The notes under the pieces are model-generated. The model had not been told where the DNA came from. It worked only from the letters and a program-made list of their open reading frames with translations, and did not search any database. The translations under genes were made by a program, and so were the position numbers. Of a stretch of 64,000 nt of DNA, positions 12,981 to 25,058 are shown piece after piece. The stretch's first letter is position 1; each line of letters opens with the position of its first letter. The stretch is taken from assembly GCA_964016885.1 (NCBI GenBank), contig OZ024744.1, positions 56,172,001-56,236,000 on the forward strand, read 5' to 3'. The DNA comes from Eledone cirrhosa (lineage: Eukaryota).

Positions 12981-13821
12981 TCAGCCACAGTTTGACCAAT
13001 TACTTCTACTATAGCCACAGTTCGACCAATTACTTCTACTATAGCCATAGTTTGACCAATTACCTCTACTATAGCTCGAGTTTAAACAATTACCTCTACT
13101 ATAACCATAGTTTGACTAATTACCTCTACTATAGCCACAGTTTGACCAATTACTTCTACTATCGCCTCAGTTTGACCAACTACCTCTACTATAACCAGAG
13201 TTTGACCAATTCTACTATAGCCACATGTTGACCAACTACCTTTTATATAGCCACAGTTTGACCAATTACCTCTACTATAGCCTCTGTTTGATCAATTACT
13301 TCTACTATAGCCACATTTTGACCAACTACCTCTACTATAGCAACAGTTTATCCAATTACCTCTACTATAGCTACACTTTGACCAATTACTTCTACTATAG
13401 CCACAGTTTGACCAATTACCTCGACTATATCTACAGTTTGACCAATTACCTCTACTATACCCATAGTTTGACCAATTAGCTCTCCTATAACCGTAGTTTG
13501 ACCAACTAGTTCTACTATAACTATAGTTATACCTATTACCTCTACTAAAGCCACAGTTTGACCAATTACCTCTACTATAACAATAGTTTGACCAATTACC
13601 TCTACTATAGCTACAGTTTAACCAATTACCTCTACTATAGCCGCAGTTTGACCAATTATTTCTACTACAGCCGTAATTGGTCAAACTGTGGCTATAGTAG
13701 AAGTAATTGGTCAAACTGTTGCTATAGTAGAAGTAATTGGTCAAACTGTGGCTATAGTAGAGGTAATTGGTCAAGGTATGGTTATAGTAGAGGTAATTGG
13801 TCTAACTCTGGCTATATATAT

Positions 13822-14046
13822 TTTTTATTTATTCACTTTGACCCACATGGAATAAAAATATTTCCAGCTGGCCTCCAAATATGTTTTCCAGCCCTTGCTC
13901 TATGCCATGAAAAAAAAGTTAACTGGCTGTTAATTGGAACACCTTTGTGTCAATGATCTAGTTCTCCTAGCCCAGGGGTCAGCAAACTTTAGGTGGGTGT
14001 AGACCACATATCTACGCAGTGTCTCGTTGGTGGACCACATTGCTAA
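13822..14046 (+). repeat. Copy 4 of the cassette plus short 31-mer block
   Basis: Near-identical to the copies at 5768, 10175 and 11543. Confidence 0.9.
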
Positions 14047-17000
14047 TCAGCCACAGTTTGACCAATTACTTCTACTATAGGCATAGTTTGACCAATTAGC
14101 TCTACTATAACCATAGTTTGACCAACTACTTCTACTATAGCTACAGTTTGACCAATTAGCTCTACTATAGCCATAGTTTGACCAATTACTTCTACTAGAG
14201 TCACAATTTGACCAATTACTTCTACTATAGCCACAGTTTGACCAATTACTTCTACTGTAGCCACTGTTTGACCAATTACTTCTACTGTAGCCACTGTTTG
14301 ACCAATTACTTCTACTATAGCCACTGTTTGACCAATTACTTCTACTATAGCCACAGTTCGACCAATTACGTCTACTATAGCCATATTTTGACCAATTACT
14401 TCTACTATAGCCACAGTTCGACCAATTACCTCTGCTATAGCCACAGTTTGACCAATTACCTCTACTATAGCCCCAGTTTGACCAATTACCTCTACTATAG
14501 CCATAGTTTGACCAATTACCTCTTCTATAGCAATAGTTTGACCAATTACCTCTACTATAGGCACAGTTTGACCAATTACCTATACTATAGCCACAGTTTG
14601 ACCAATTACCTCTACTGTAGCCAGAGTTTGACCAATTACCTCTACTGTAGCCACAATTTGACCAATTTCCTCTACTATAACTACAGTTTGACCAATTACT
14701 TCTATTATAGCCACAGTTTGACCAATTACGTCTACTGTAACCATAGTTTGACCAATTACTTCTACTATAGCCACATTTTGACCAATTGCCTCTACTATAT
14801 CCATAGTTTGGCCAATTACTTTTACTGTAGCCACAGTTTGACCAATTACTTCTACTATAGCCACAGTTTGACCAATTACCTCTACTATAACCATAGTTTG
14901 ACCAATTACTTCTACTGTAGCCATAGTTTGACCAATTACTTCTACTATAGCCACAGTTTGACCAATTACTTCTGCTATAACAACAGTTTGACCAATTCCC
15001 TCTTCTATAACCGTATTTTGACCAATTACCTCTACTATAGCCACAGTTTGACCAATTACAACTACTATAGCCACAGTTTGACCAATTACTTCTACTATAG
15101 CCACAGTTTGACCAATTACCTCTGCTATAACTACAGTTTGGCCAATTACTTATACTATAGCCACAGTTTGACCAATTACGTCTACTGTAACCATAGTTTG
15201 GCCAATTACTTCTACTATAGCCACAGTTTCAGCAATTAATGCTACTATAGACATAGTTTGACCAGTTAGCTCTACTATAACCATAGTTTGACTAACTACC
15301 TCTACTATAGCCACAGTTAGACCAATTACTTCTACTATAGCCACAGTTTGACCAATTACCTCAACTATAACCATAGTTTGACCAATTACTTCTACTATAG
15401 CCACTGTTTGACCAACCACCTCTACTCTAGCCACAGTTTGACCAATTACCTCTACTGTAGCCACAGTTTGACCAATTACATCTACTATAACCATAGTTTG
15501 ACCAATTACTTCTACTATAGCTACAGTTTGACCAATTACATCTACTATAACCATAGTTTGACCAATTACTTCTACTATAGCCACAGTTTGACTAATTACC
15601 TCTGCTATAACCATAGTTTTGCCAATTACTTCTGCTATAGCCACAGTTTGACCAATTCTTTCTTCTATGACCGTAGTTTGACCAATTACTTTTACTATGA
15701 CCATAGTTTGACCAATTACTTCTACTATAGCCACAGTTTGACCAATTACAACTCCTATAGCCACAGTTTGACCAATTACTTCTACTATAGCCACAGTTTG
15801 ACCAATTACCTCAACTATAACTACAGTTAGCCCAATTACTTCTACTATAGCCACAGTTTGACCAATTACGTCTACTGTAACCATAGTTTGACCAATTACT
15901 TCTACTATAGCCACAGTTTGACTAATTACAACTACTATAACCATAGTTTGACCAATTACCTCTACTATAGCTACAGTTTGACTAATTACCTCTACTATAT
16001 CTATAGTTTCACCAGTTACCTCTACTATAGCCACAGTTTGGCCAATTACTGCTACGATATCCACAGTTTGACCAATTACTTCTATAAACCCACAGTTTGA
16101 CCAATTACATCTACTATAGCCAGAGTGTGACGAATTACTTCTACTATAGCCGCAATTTGATCAATTCCCTCTTCTATAACCGTAGTTTGACCAATTACTT
16201 CTACTATAACCATAGTTTGACCAATTACCTCTGCTATAACCATAGCTCTATTATAACCATAGTTTGACTAACTACCTCTACTATAGCCATAGTTTGACCA
16301 ATTACCTCTACTATAGCTACAGTTTGACCAACTACCCCTTCTATAGCCACAGTTTGACCAATTACCTCTACTATATCTACATTTTGACCAATTACTTCTG
16401 CTATAGACATGGTTTAACCAATTACCTCTACTATAGCCACAGTTTGACCAATTACTTCTACTATAGCCACAGTTTGACCAATTACGTCTACTATAGCCAC
16501 ATTTTAACCAATTACCTTTACTATAGCCATAGTTTGACCAATTAATTCTATTATAGCCACAGTTTGACCAACTACCTCTACTCTAGCCACAGTTTGACCA
16601 ATTTCCTCTATTGTAGCCACAGTTTGACCAATTACATCTACTATAACCATAGTTTGACCAATTACTTCTACTATAGCCACAGTTTGACCAATTCATTCTT
16701 CTATGACCGTAGTTTGACCAATTACTTCTACTATACCCATAGTTTGACCAATTAGCTCTACTATAACCATAGTTTGACCAATTAATTCTACTATAGCCAC
16801 AGTTTGACCAATTACTTCTTCTATAGCAACAGTTTGACCAATTCCCTCTACTATAGCAACAGGTTGACCAATTCCCTCTACTATAACCGTTGTTTGATCA
16901 ATTACTTCTACTATAGCCACAGTTTGACCAATTACAACTACTATATCCACAGATTAACCAATTACTTCTACTATAGCAACAGTTTGACCAATTACCTCTG

Positions 17001-18839
17001 CTATAACCATAGTTTTGCCAATTACTTTTACTATAGCCACAGTTTGACCAATTACTTCTACTATAGCCACAGTTTGACCAATTAGCTCTACTATAGCCAC
17101 TGTTTGACCAATTAGCTCTACTATAACCATAGTTTGACCAACTCCCTCTACTATAGCCACAGTTTGACCAATTATCTCTACTATAGTCACAGTTAAGCCA
17201 ATTACTTCTACTATAGCCACAGTTTGATTAATTACCTCTGCTATAACCATAGTTTTGCCAATTACTTTTACTATAGCCATAGTTTGACCAATTACATCTA
17301 CTATAGCCACATTTTGACCAATTACTTCTACTATAGCCACTGTTTGACTAACTACCTCTACTCTAGCCACACTTTGACCAATTACCTCTATTGTTGCCAC
17401 ATTTTGACCAATTACATCTACTATAACCATAGTTTGACCAATTACCTCTACTATAGCCACAGTTTGACCAATTCCCTCTACTATAGCACCAGTTTGACCA
17501 ATTACCTCTACTATAACCATAGTTTGACAAATTTGCTCTATAACCATAGTTTGACCAATTACCTCTACTATAGCCACAGTTTGACCAATTACTTCTACTA
17601 TAGCCACAGTTTGATCAATTACCTCTACTGTAGCCACAGTTTGACCAATTACCTCTGCAATAACTACAGTTTGACCAATTACGTCTACTGTAACCATACT
17701 TTGACCAATTACCTCTACTATAACCATAGTTTTGACAATTACTTCTATTATAGCCATAGTTTGATCAATTACATCTACTATATCGACAGTTTGACCAATT
17801 ACTGCTTCTATAGACACGGTTTGACCAATTACCTCTACTATAGCCACAGTTGACTAATTACTTCTACTATAGCCACAGTTTGACCAATTACTTCTACTAT
17901 AGCCTCAGTCTGACCTATTACCTCTACTATAGCCACAGTTTGACAAATTACCTCTGCTATAGTCACAGTTAGACCAATTACCTCTACTGTAGCCATAGTT
18001 TGACCAATTATTTCTACTATAGCCACAGTTTGACCAATTACTTCTACTATAGACATAGCTTCACCAATTACCTCTACTATAGCCACAGTTTGACCAATTC
18101 ATTCTTCTAAAACCGTAGTTTGACCAATTACATCTACTATTTTGACCAATTACATCTACTATAGCCACAGTTTGATCAATTACCTCTACTATAGCCATAG
18201 TTTGACCAATTACTTCTACTATAGCACAGGTAGACCAATTACTTCTACTATAGCTACAATTTGACCAATTAACTTTACTATAGCCACAGTTGACCAATTA
18301 CCTCTACTATAGCCATAGTTTGACCAATTAACTCTACTATAGTCACAGTTGACCAATTACCTCTACTATAGACATAGTTTGACAAATTAACTCTACTATA
18401 GCCACAGTTTGACCAATTACCTCTACTATAGACACAGTTTGACCAATTACCTCTACTATAGACACAGTTTGACCAATCACTTCTACTATAACCATAGTTT
18501 GACCAATTAGCTCGTGAGTGCAACTTATTCATCGGAAACTATGAAACATTCATCTTATAAACTACAAAACAAATGTTGACATGAAAAAGAACATTAATAA
18601 AGTATATATCACTATATAACTTACTCTTTTTCCAAATTATTTTTATTAATTATAATTAAACACAAAATTACTACAATAATTATTGTAGTAATCTTGTATT
18701 TTAAGTATCATGAAAGTGAAAAAAACAACAAGAAAAACAAAACAATGTGTAATGTTCATACATAACGAACAATACAATGAAACTATAGTGGTTAATAATG
18801 TGTCATGCATTTCATTAAGTACATATTCTTTTGATGGTT

Positions 18840-18990
18840 TCTAATTTAGGTACACGGTCAACAATTTAAGTGGAGAGGTGTCAGCCAATTATATTAAAAC
18901 CAGTATTTGACTGGTATTTTATTTTATTCATCCCGGAAGGATGAAAGTTAAAGTTGACCTAAGTAGGATTTGTACTCGGAATGTAAAGCG
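18840..18990 (-). mobile_element. Meta-domain type SINE, degenerate
   Basis: CTGGTATTTTATTTTATTCATCCCGGAAGGATGAAAG..AAAGTTGACCT is the antisense of the SINE body. Confidence 0.55.
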
Positions 18991-19405
18991 TCTGAGCAAA
19001 TACCATGAAACATTTTCTTGTCCGTTACTCTACTGATTCTACCAATCCACTAATCACTGTTGATGATAAATTATTGCCAGTAAGATGCCAGTAGATGTGT
19101 TGAAGATAGATTGCCTGATGTTCCATGCATGCTGCTCCTTTTTATATCCTGATGCAGCTAACAAAAATGAGTGTCACTGTATCCATAGCCGAATGGAATA
19201 GAATTCTAAAATACCAAGAATTATGGACAAACTATATTTTCCAGTCTGTAGTGTTCAAGACGTTCAGAGAGCCGGACTGCTGACAACGGGGTTTTTGTCA
19301 TTGTTGACGGCTCGCCATACCGACGTGTCTGTGAGGGTACTTAGTTATTCCAGTGTCTCATCCTTGTTATCATTCACGGCAATGTTGCGAGTGTGTTGGC
19401 TTGCT

Positions 19406-19510
19406 TTAAAAAATTATGAGAGGGGAAACACTAGCACCTTCTTGTGGTGGTGCAATAATTGAGTGTGCAGTCTTCTCCTGCTTGTTGTCTTCTTTCTGAT
19501 TACCTTCATT
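19406..19510 (-). CDS. Possible terminal coding exon of an unidentified host gene (NEGNQKEDNKQEKTAHSIIAPPQEGASVSPLIIF*)
   Basis: Non-repetitive sequence; acceptor-like TTTACAATCTGCAG| at 19511; 34 open codons to TAA; UTR-like unique sequence downstream. No recognisable domain. Confidence 0.25.
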   Translation of the reverse strand, partial: NEGNQKEDNKQEKTAHSIIAPPQEGASVSPLIIF

Positions 19511-20189
19511 CTGCAGATTGTAAATATTTTGAAAATGCATGTAAATAAAATTATTATGTTTCTTGTATATTGTTCTACATCCGTTTTATTGGCTTTGTAT
19601 TTGTTGTTGCATCATTGTGAGTAACAAAGTACAGATTGTGATTTACTATTTGCTATGAGCAGTTGTAGATTAAGGAGGTGAGTAAAATATCTTATATTAA
19701 AATCAATTTTACGCAAGGTCCCCAATGAAGTTTTCTTCCAGATGTCCCCATGTAAGTTTAATCACCTGGCTGATAGATACAGCAAAAATCATTTACCATG
19801 TCAGTGCATTTCATCACTGTTAATTATGGATTTAACTCTTTAAACTCTGCTGCTGGTGATCGAACTTTGTAGAGGAAAATATTTCATTTTGATGCACAGT
19901 CTGCAACTGGCAAAGTTTAGATTCACAAGAAGAAGAAGAAGAATTATGGATTGTAAGATTCTCACATCCACTTCTAATCTATCATGATCAGACATTTCTT
20001 CATTTCATGAACAATTTACAAATAAACTTTCAGTTTCAAAACAAAAAACCTTTTAGATTCATTTTATAGCAGAGTTTTACTGCCAATTACATACAGAGAA
20101 AGATTACCCCTATTGCCACATACCATATATATTCATGTATAAGTCACACGTCTGTATGACATGTGCCATTGTATTTTGAGTTGCAGTTT

Positions 20190-20760
20190 TGTAGGTTCAA
20201 GTACCTCAGAGCTGTGTTCATGAGTGATGGAAGACGGGAAGTTAAATTAAATACAAGAGCTGCTGGAGCAAGTTCAGTAATAAGCCAGCTTCAGCAATCA
20301 GTCATTACAAGGGAGATAAGAGTAAAAACTCAATTTGCTATCTTCAATTCAGTATTGGTACCAACTCCTACCTATGGTAATGAATCTTGGGTAATGACCA
20401 AAAGAATATGATGATGAATACAAGCAGGTGAAATGAGGTTCCTCCAAAGGCTGTTTAGAGTAATGTTACTCAGTACATAGTTCAGTGATCAGAGAGTTGC
20501 TCCTGAAAGAGCTGATACTTTTCCAAATTGACAGATCACAGCTCTAATATTATGAACATGTGTTCAGAATATCTGAAAGAATTGCTAGAGAGCTTTTATG
20601 GGCAAAACCAACTGACATGAGACCCAGGGGCAGACCCCAAGCAAGATGGTTGGATAACATCCATGAGCTCAGTAGGTCTCCAGCTGGATCAATTGGCAAC
20701 AGGTGCTTCTGATAGGACTCTCTGGAAGGTGCGCTTGAGAACTCAGTCCCCATGACCCTC
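20190..20760 (+). pseudogene. 3' fragment of a different, old RTE-type LINE
   Basis: FKYL..IFNSVLVPTPTYGNESWVMT and RPRGRPQARWLDNI, typical RTE C-terminal motifs. Confidence 0.75.
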
Positions 20761-20789
20761 CCATGGGGAGGGGGGAGTAAAGAGGAGAA

Positions 20790-20965
<176 letters not shown>

Positions 20966-21741
20966 AATTCCTCCTAAACTCTGCTGACCTAGTCCTTATA
21001 GCTGAATCCATAGAAGAGTTGGAGGCAAAATGTCAAGCATGGAAGAAGAACGAAGAGTTGAAAGGCCTAAAAGTAAACTTACCAAGGACAAAAGTGTTAA
21101 TAAGAAGGAAAGAAGACAATGGCCTTGTTCAATATGTCCGTTTACATCCTCTATATTATCAGTCACCCCTTCCCCCTGCCTATCACTCTGTCTAAATGAA
21201 ACCATACTTATCATACACCCATAGGTTTATACCTATCACCCTTCTCCACCCAACACACATACTCCCAAAGAGCAGTGACGGAACTTCAGTTGGGACAATG
21301 AGCAACAACCACTTGAGTGTTGATGCCATGAAAATGACCTGCTATGCCTTGTAAGGTGGTTGCTGATAGGAATGGCACTCCACTGAAGAAATTATACTTA
21401 AAAGGGTTGAGAGGACCCTTCAGTTGTGTCAATGGCACAATAGCCTCTCTAATGTTGGTGATCTACATAACAAATGCACCCAGTACACCCTGTAAAGCAG
21501 TTAGTAATAGAAAGGCTTCTAGCTGTAGCAAACTTGCCAAACAAAAGGTAGGGAAGATCCTCCAGTTGTCTCAAAGACATGACAGCCACAATAAAATGCA
21601 CTGGGTAGAACATAGGAATGTATGTAAGCAAGATACAAAACCATGGCCTGTCTGTGAGGCCAGAAGCCCCACTGCAGCACTAACTCAGTCTGTGAAGACC
21701 CTTTCATTCATTACTAGAGGGAAAATATATGTTAAATTATA

Positions 21742-21776
<35 letters not shown>

Positions 21777-22170
21777 ATAAATCCTATCAGGTCTTGGTAG
21801 TTCCACAATAAAATGCATCCAGTACAGACTGCGTAGTGGTAGGCATTTTAGGAAGAACATCCAGCTGTAGAAACCATGCTAAAATGGAACAGCTATCTTA
21901 CCTGTCAGGCCTGAGAGCTTGGCAAACCTGACTAACTCATATAAACATGGAAAATAGAGTGATGATGATGATGATGATCATCATCATCATCATCATCCTG
22001 ATATCAATAAATACTATTTACAGAAAACAAAGAGAGAATAATGATAATAAATCTAATAAATAAAACCTGACAAAGGGCGGAAGAACTCATAAGAGTCAAC
22101 GGCCATCCCAAAGTGTGTAAATATGTATATAGACATGTACCGCGCAGTTAAACCACTGGGGTGAAGGACC

Positions 22171-22939
22171 CCTAACTAGTTGTGTTCTTTCTGTTCCTGT
22201 GAAGCCTAGCTTCTCAAGATTTGTATTGCGGCAGTTACTAACATACCCCAGTGCCCCAATAATCACAGGTATAAATCTGAAGGTGTAATCAGGGTTGAGT
22301 ATCTGCAGATTTCTCATCAGTTCTGCATAAATATTCTCCTTTTCGCTAATCTTTGATATTATATTGGCATCTGCTGGGCAGCTAATTTCCACTACTGTGC
22401 ATGCTTTCTTCTCCCTGTCCCATATCATAATATCTGGTCTGTTATGCCTGCATTTGATTGGGGTTTTTACTGGAACATTCCACCAGTACTCTTTCATATT
22501 ATGTACATGGATGTCTTCCACATTGCTGTAGCTTTTAATGTGTTTATTATCGGGGCTATCTTTTTTACGAACTGCATTGTACAGTGTTTTGGCCACTACA
22601 TCATGCCTCATAGGTAGATAGTACCGCGATGACATCTTTGGACAGCTGCTGATGACATGGGTGATATCCTCGATGTTAATTCTGCAGTCTGCACTTGTTA
22701 TCACATCTAGGTGTTTTGCCTGCATCTCTATCTCTTTTGTGAATCAGGTATTTCGTGTTAATCTCCTGTTCTTGGATTGCAAAAGTATATCCTTCAAAGT
22801 GGGAGCCAATATAGCGGTTGTTGGTCCCATATAGACTACTTTCCTTATCTATATTACTCTCACTCTGGAGCTTCCTGGCAACATATCCATGCATGATCTT
22901 TTGCTGATAAGCATGCAGTTTTTCATCCATGGATTCACT
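22171..22939 (-). mobile_element. R4/Dong-like non-LTR retrotransposon fragment (CCHC and restriction-like endonuclease)
   Basis: CRL..EDITHVISSC, RHDVVAK, NRPDIMIWD, VVEISCP, KENIY and FIPVIIGALG motifs. Confidence 0.85.
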
Positions 22940-23072
22940 GTATGTATGTTTGTATATATGTATGTATGAATGCATCTATGTATGTATGTGTGTATCTATG
23001 TATGTATGTGTGTATATATGTATGTAAGTATGTATGTATGTAAGTATGTATGTGTGTATGTATGTATCTATA

Positions 23073-23680
23073 TGTCAGGTCACCAGTTGGTGCTACTGGT
23101 AACATGTATCCCAGTACAACCTGGGTTATGGTCGAGTCGTTGGCGACTAAACAGGCATCCCCACCAAGGTTTCTTGGTGAGGAGGGTGACTTTGGACATC
23201 CTGCAGGACTAAAAACAAAACCTGTCAAAGGGCAAAGGAGCTCTTAAGAGTCAATGGCCGTCCAAAATCACCGGGAGAGATGACCGCTTAGCCTTTGTCA
23301 AGGCAGAATTCTAGGAGAAGGAAAACTCTGATATAACACCTGCAACCCTGATGGTATCCAATGATGTTGACTTGTTCTTCTTTTTGGTAAATATCATCTT
23401 GGTTAAGAGAGTGGGACTGGCTTTGTGCAGCGCCTTTGCTCACTATAAAAGCTTCACGGCTCAGGCATTGCTTTATATCTGGAGATCTCTCTGCACTTGT
23501 CATCACAGGATACAATGGGCCCAGCACTGTGTCAATAATTGTCACAAGTGTAGTGTTTGTACCAGAGTTTTCTAGTCGCTGGCTGGACTAAAAAGTCACA
23601 CTTGTTCAGCGCATCGGTAGGGGTTCTCCTACATGGATATAAAGTAGTGGCCGTACTCGAAAACGAGTTGGCAGCCACCA
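23073..23680 (+). mobile_element. ~610-bp non-autonomous retroposon (LINE 5'UTR-like head joined to an RTE-like 3' end with a C2H2 remnant)
   Basis: Multi-copy (28632-29249; partials at 34427, 34918 and 38742); encodes [16 protein letters not shown]; embedded in (TATG)n. Confidence 0.75.
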
Positions 23681-23720
<40 letters not shown>

Positions 23721-23835
23721 TATATATGCATGTATGTATATATGTATATATATGTATGTATGTGTATGTATGTTTATATATATGTATATATATATGTTTG
23801 TATATATATGTATGCATATATATATATATGTATGT

Positions 23836-23903
<68 letters not shown>

Positions 23904-24119
23904 ATATATATATGTATGTATATATATATATGTATATATATATGTATATATATATATGTATATATATATTGTTATACTTTGGGAGGGTCATGTTGCCAAT
24001 AAGAAACACACGCACCAGTTGCTTTCACTTCAATTTATTATAATAAATTTATAAATTTAGGAATTTATAAATTTCCGGTTGGTTGGTTGGTTCCACAACC
24101 AGATGGTTGTTTATATATT

Positions 24120-24163
24120 GTCAAAGTTCTTTCGTCACACATTCTGTGACCTCTTCAGTGACT
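24120..24163 (-). ncRNA. Minimal type I hammerhead ribozyme in the PLE 3' region (copy 1)
   Basis: GTCA-CTGAAGA-G-GTCACA/TGTGAC-GAAA-GAACT-T-TGAC; the cleavage triplet reads CUU in this copy. Confidence 0.65.
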
Positions 24164-24506
24164 GGGGATTCTTTTCTTTGATTTTGTGTCTCTCCTTTGT
24201 TCTGTCCTACACCATTTTGTTTCTGTGTGTGTGTTGTGTGCTCAGTCTACACATGCGCCACATCCGGGTGTCTGTGTGTGTTTATATTCGTTTATTTATT
24301 TGTTTATTTACATGTTACAGGTTGGTTGTTTGTTCTATGTGCGTGTGTGTTTTCATTTTGTCCTTAATTGTAAGTTGTGATGTTGCTGTTCCACTCATGT
24401 TTTCTATTTAATTTTGGTTGTAATTCTTTTATGTTTAATGCCTCTGTGATTTGTCTAAACATTGCGTCTTTTCTGTGTGTAGATTCGATTTTTATTTCTA
24501 TGTTCT

Positions 24507-25028
24507 CTAATTTACCCTTATTTTAGCATGTTGGTAGAGTACAGATGATTCTTTACTATCTTGAAGGTCTCGCCAGTGTTCATTTATCCGTTCCCCTACA
24601 GTACGAGCTGTCTCACCTATGTACACTATATTTTTGTCTCTACATTGTCCTTCAGTACATCTTATGCTATATACTACATTTCTAGTTTTACAGTTAATAT
24701 GGGGGCTTAATTTACAGGTTATACATTTCTTATCTATACAGGGGGGTCTTTGAAAAGGGTATGTCTTGCTAATAAGTGTTTTTACAGAGGTACCTGGTCT
24801 TTCTACTATCTTAATATTGAGTTTATGTTTATCTAGGGCCCGTCTAAATTTGTAAGCTAATTCACCTCTAGGGGTTGTATCGATGAACATTACACTCTGG
24901 TATTTATTGCTATCATACCATGAGTTTATTCTATTAGCCTTATTCCTAGTTCTTTCTATTCTATTCCAAAATTTGCTCCTATACAAGGGGCAGGTCCCAT
25001 TTGTGTCATTATTTACCATTTTTTCCAT
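24507..25028 (-). pseudogene. PLE linker plus GIY-YIG endonuclease fragment
   Basis: Cys-rich linker CIDKKCITC..C followed by VVYSIRC..IVYIGETARTVGERINEH. Confidence 0.85.
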
Positions 25029-25058
25029 TTGGTTCTGGCTCCTCTATACACTCTGATT

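Larger units (their letters stand above)
9685..18512. repeat. 30-bp satellite (TTGACCAATTACTTCTACTATAGCCACAGT), over 200 units in both orientations, interrupted by cassette and 31-mer blocks
   Basis: Strict 30-bp periodicity; inverted blocks at ~9785-10170, ~11395-11540 and ~13673-13820. Confidence 0.97.

Noticed and set aside
24160-24400. Possible SECIS/selenoprotein feature as described for some Naiad-type PLEs
   Set aside because: No in-frame TGA at conserved Cys positions in the visible ORF pieces and no SECIS-like stem recognisable by eye
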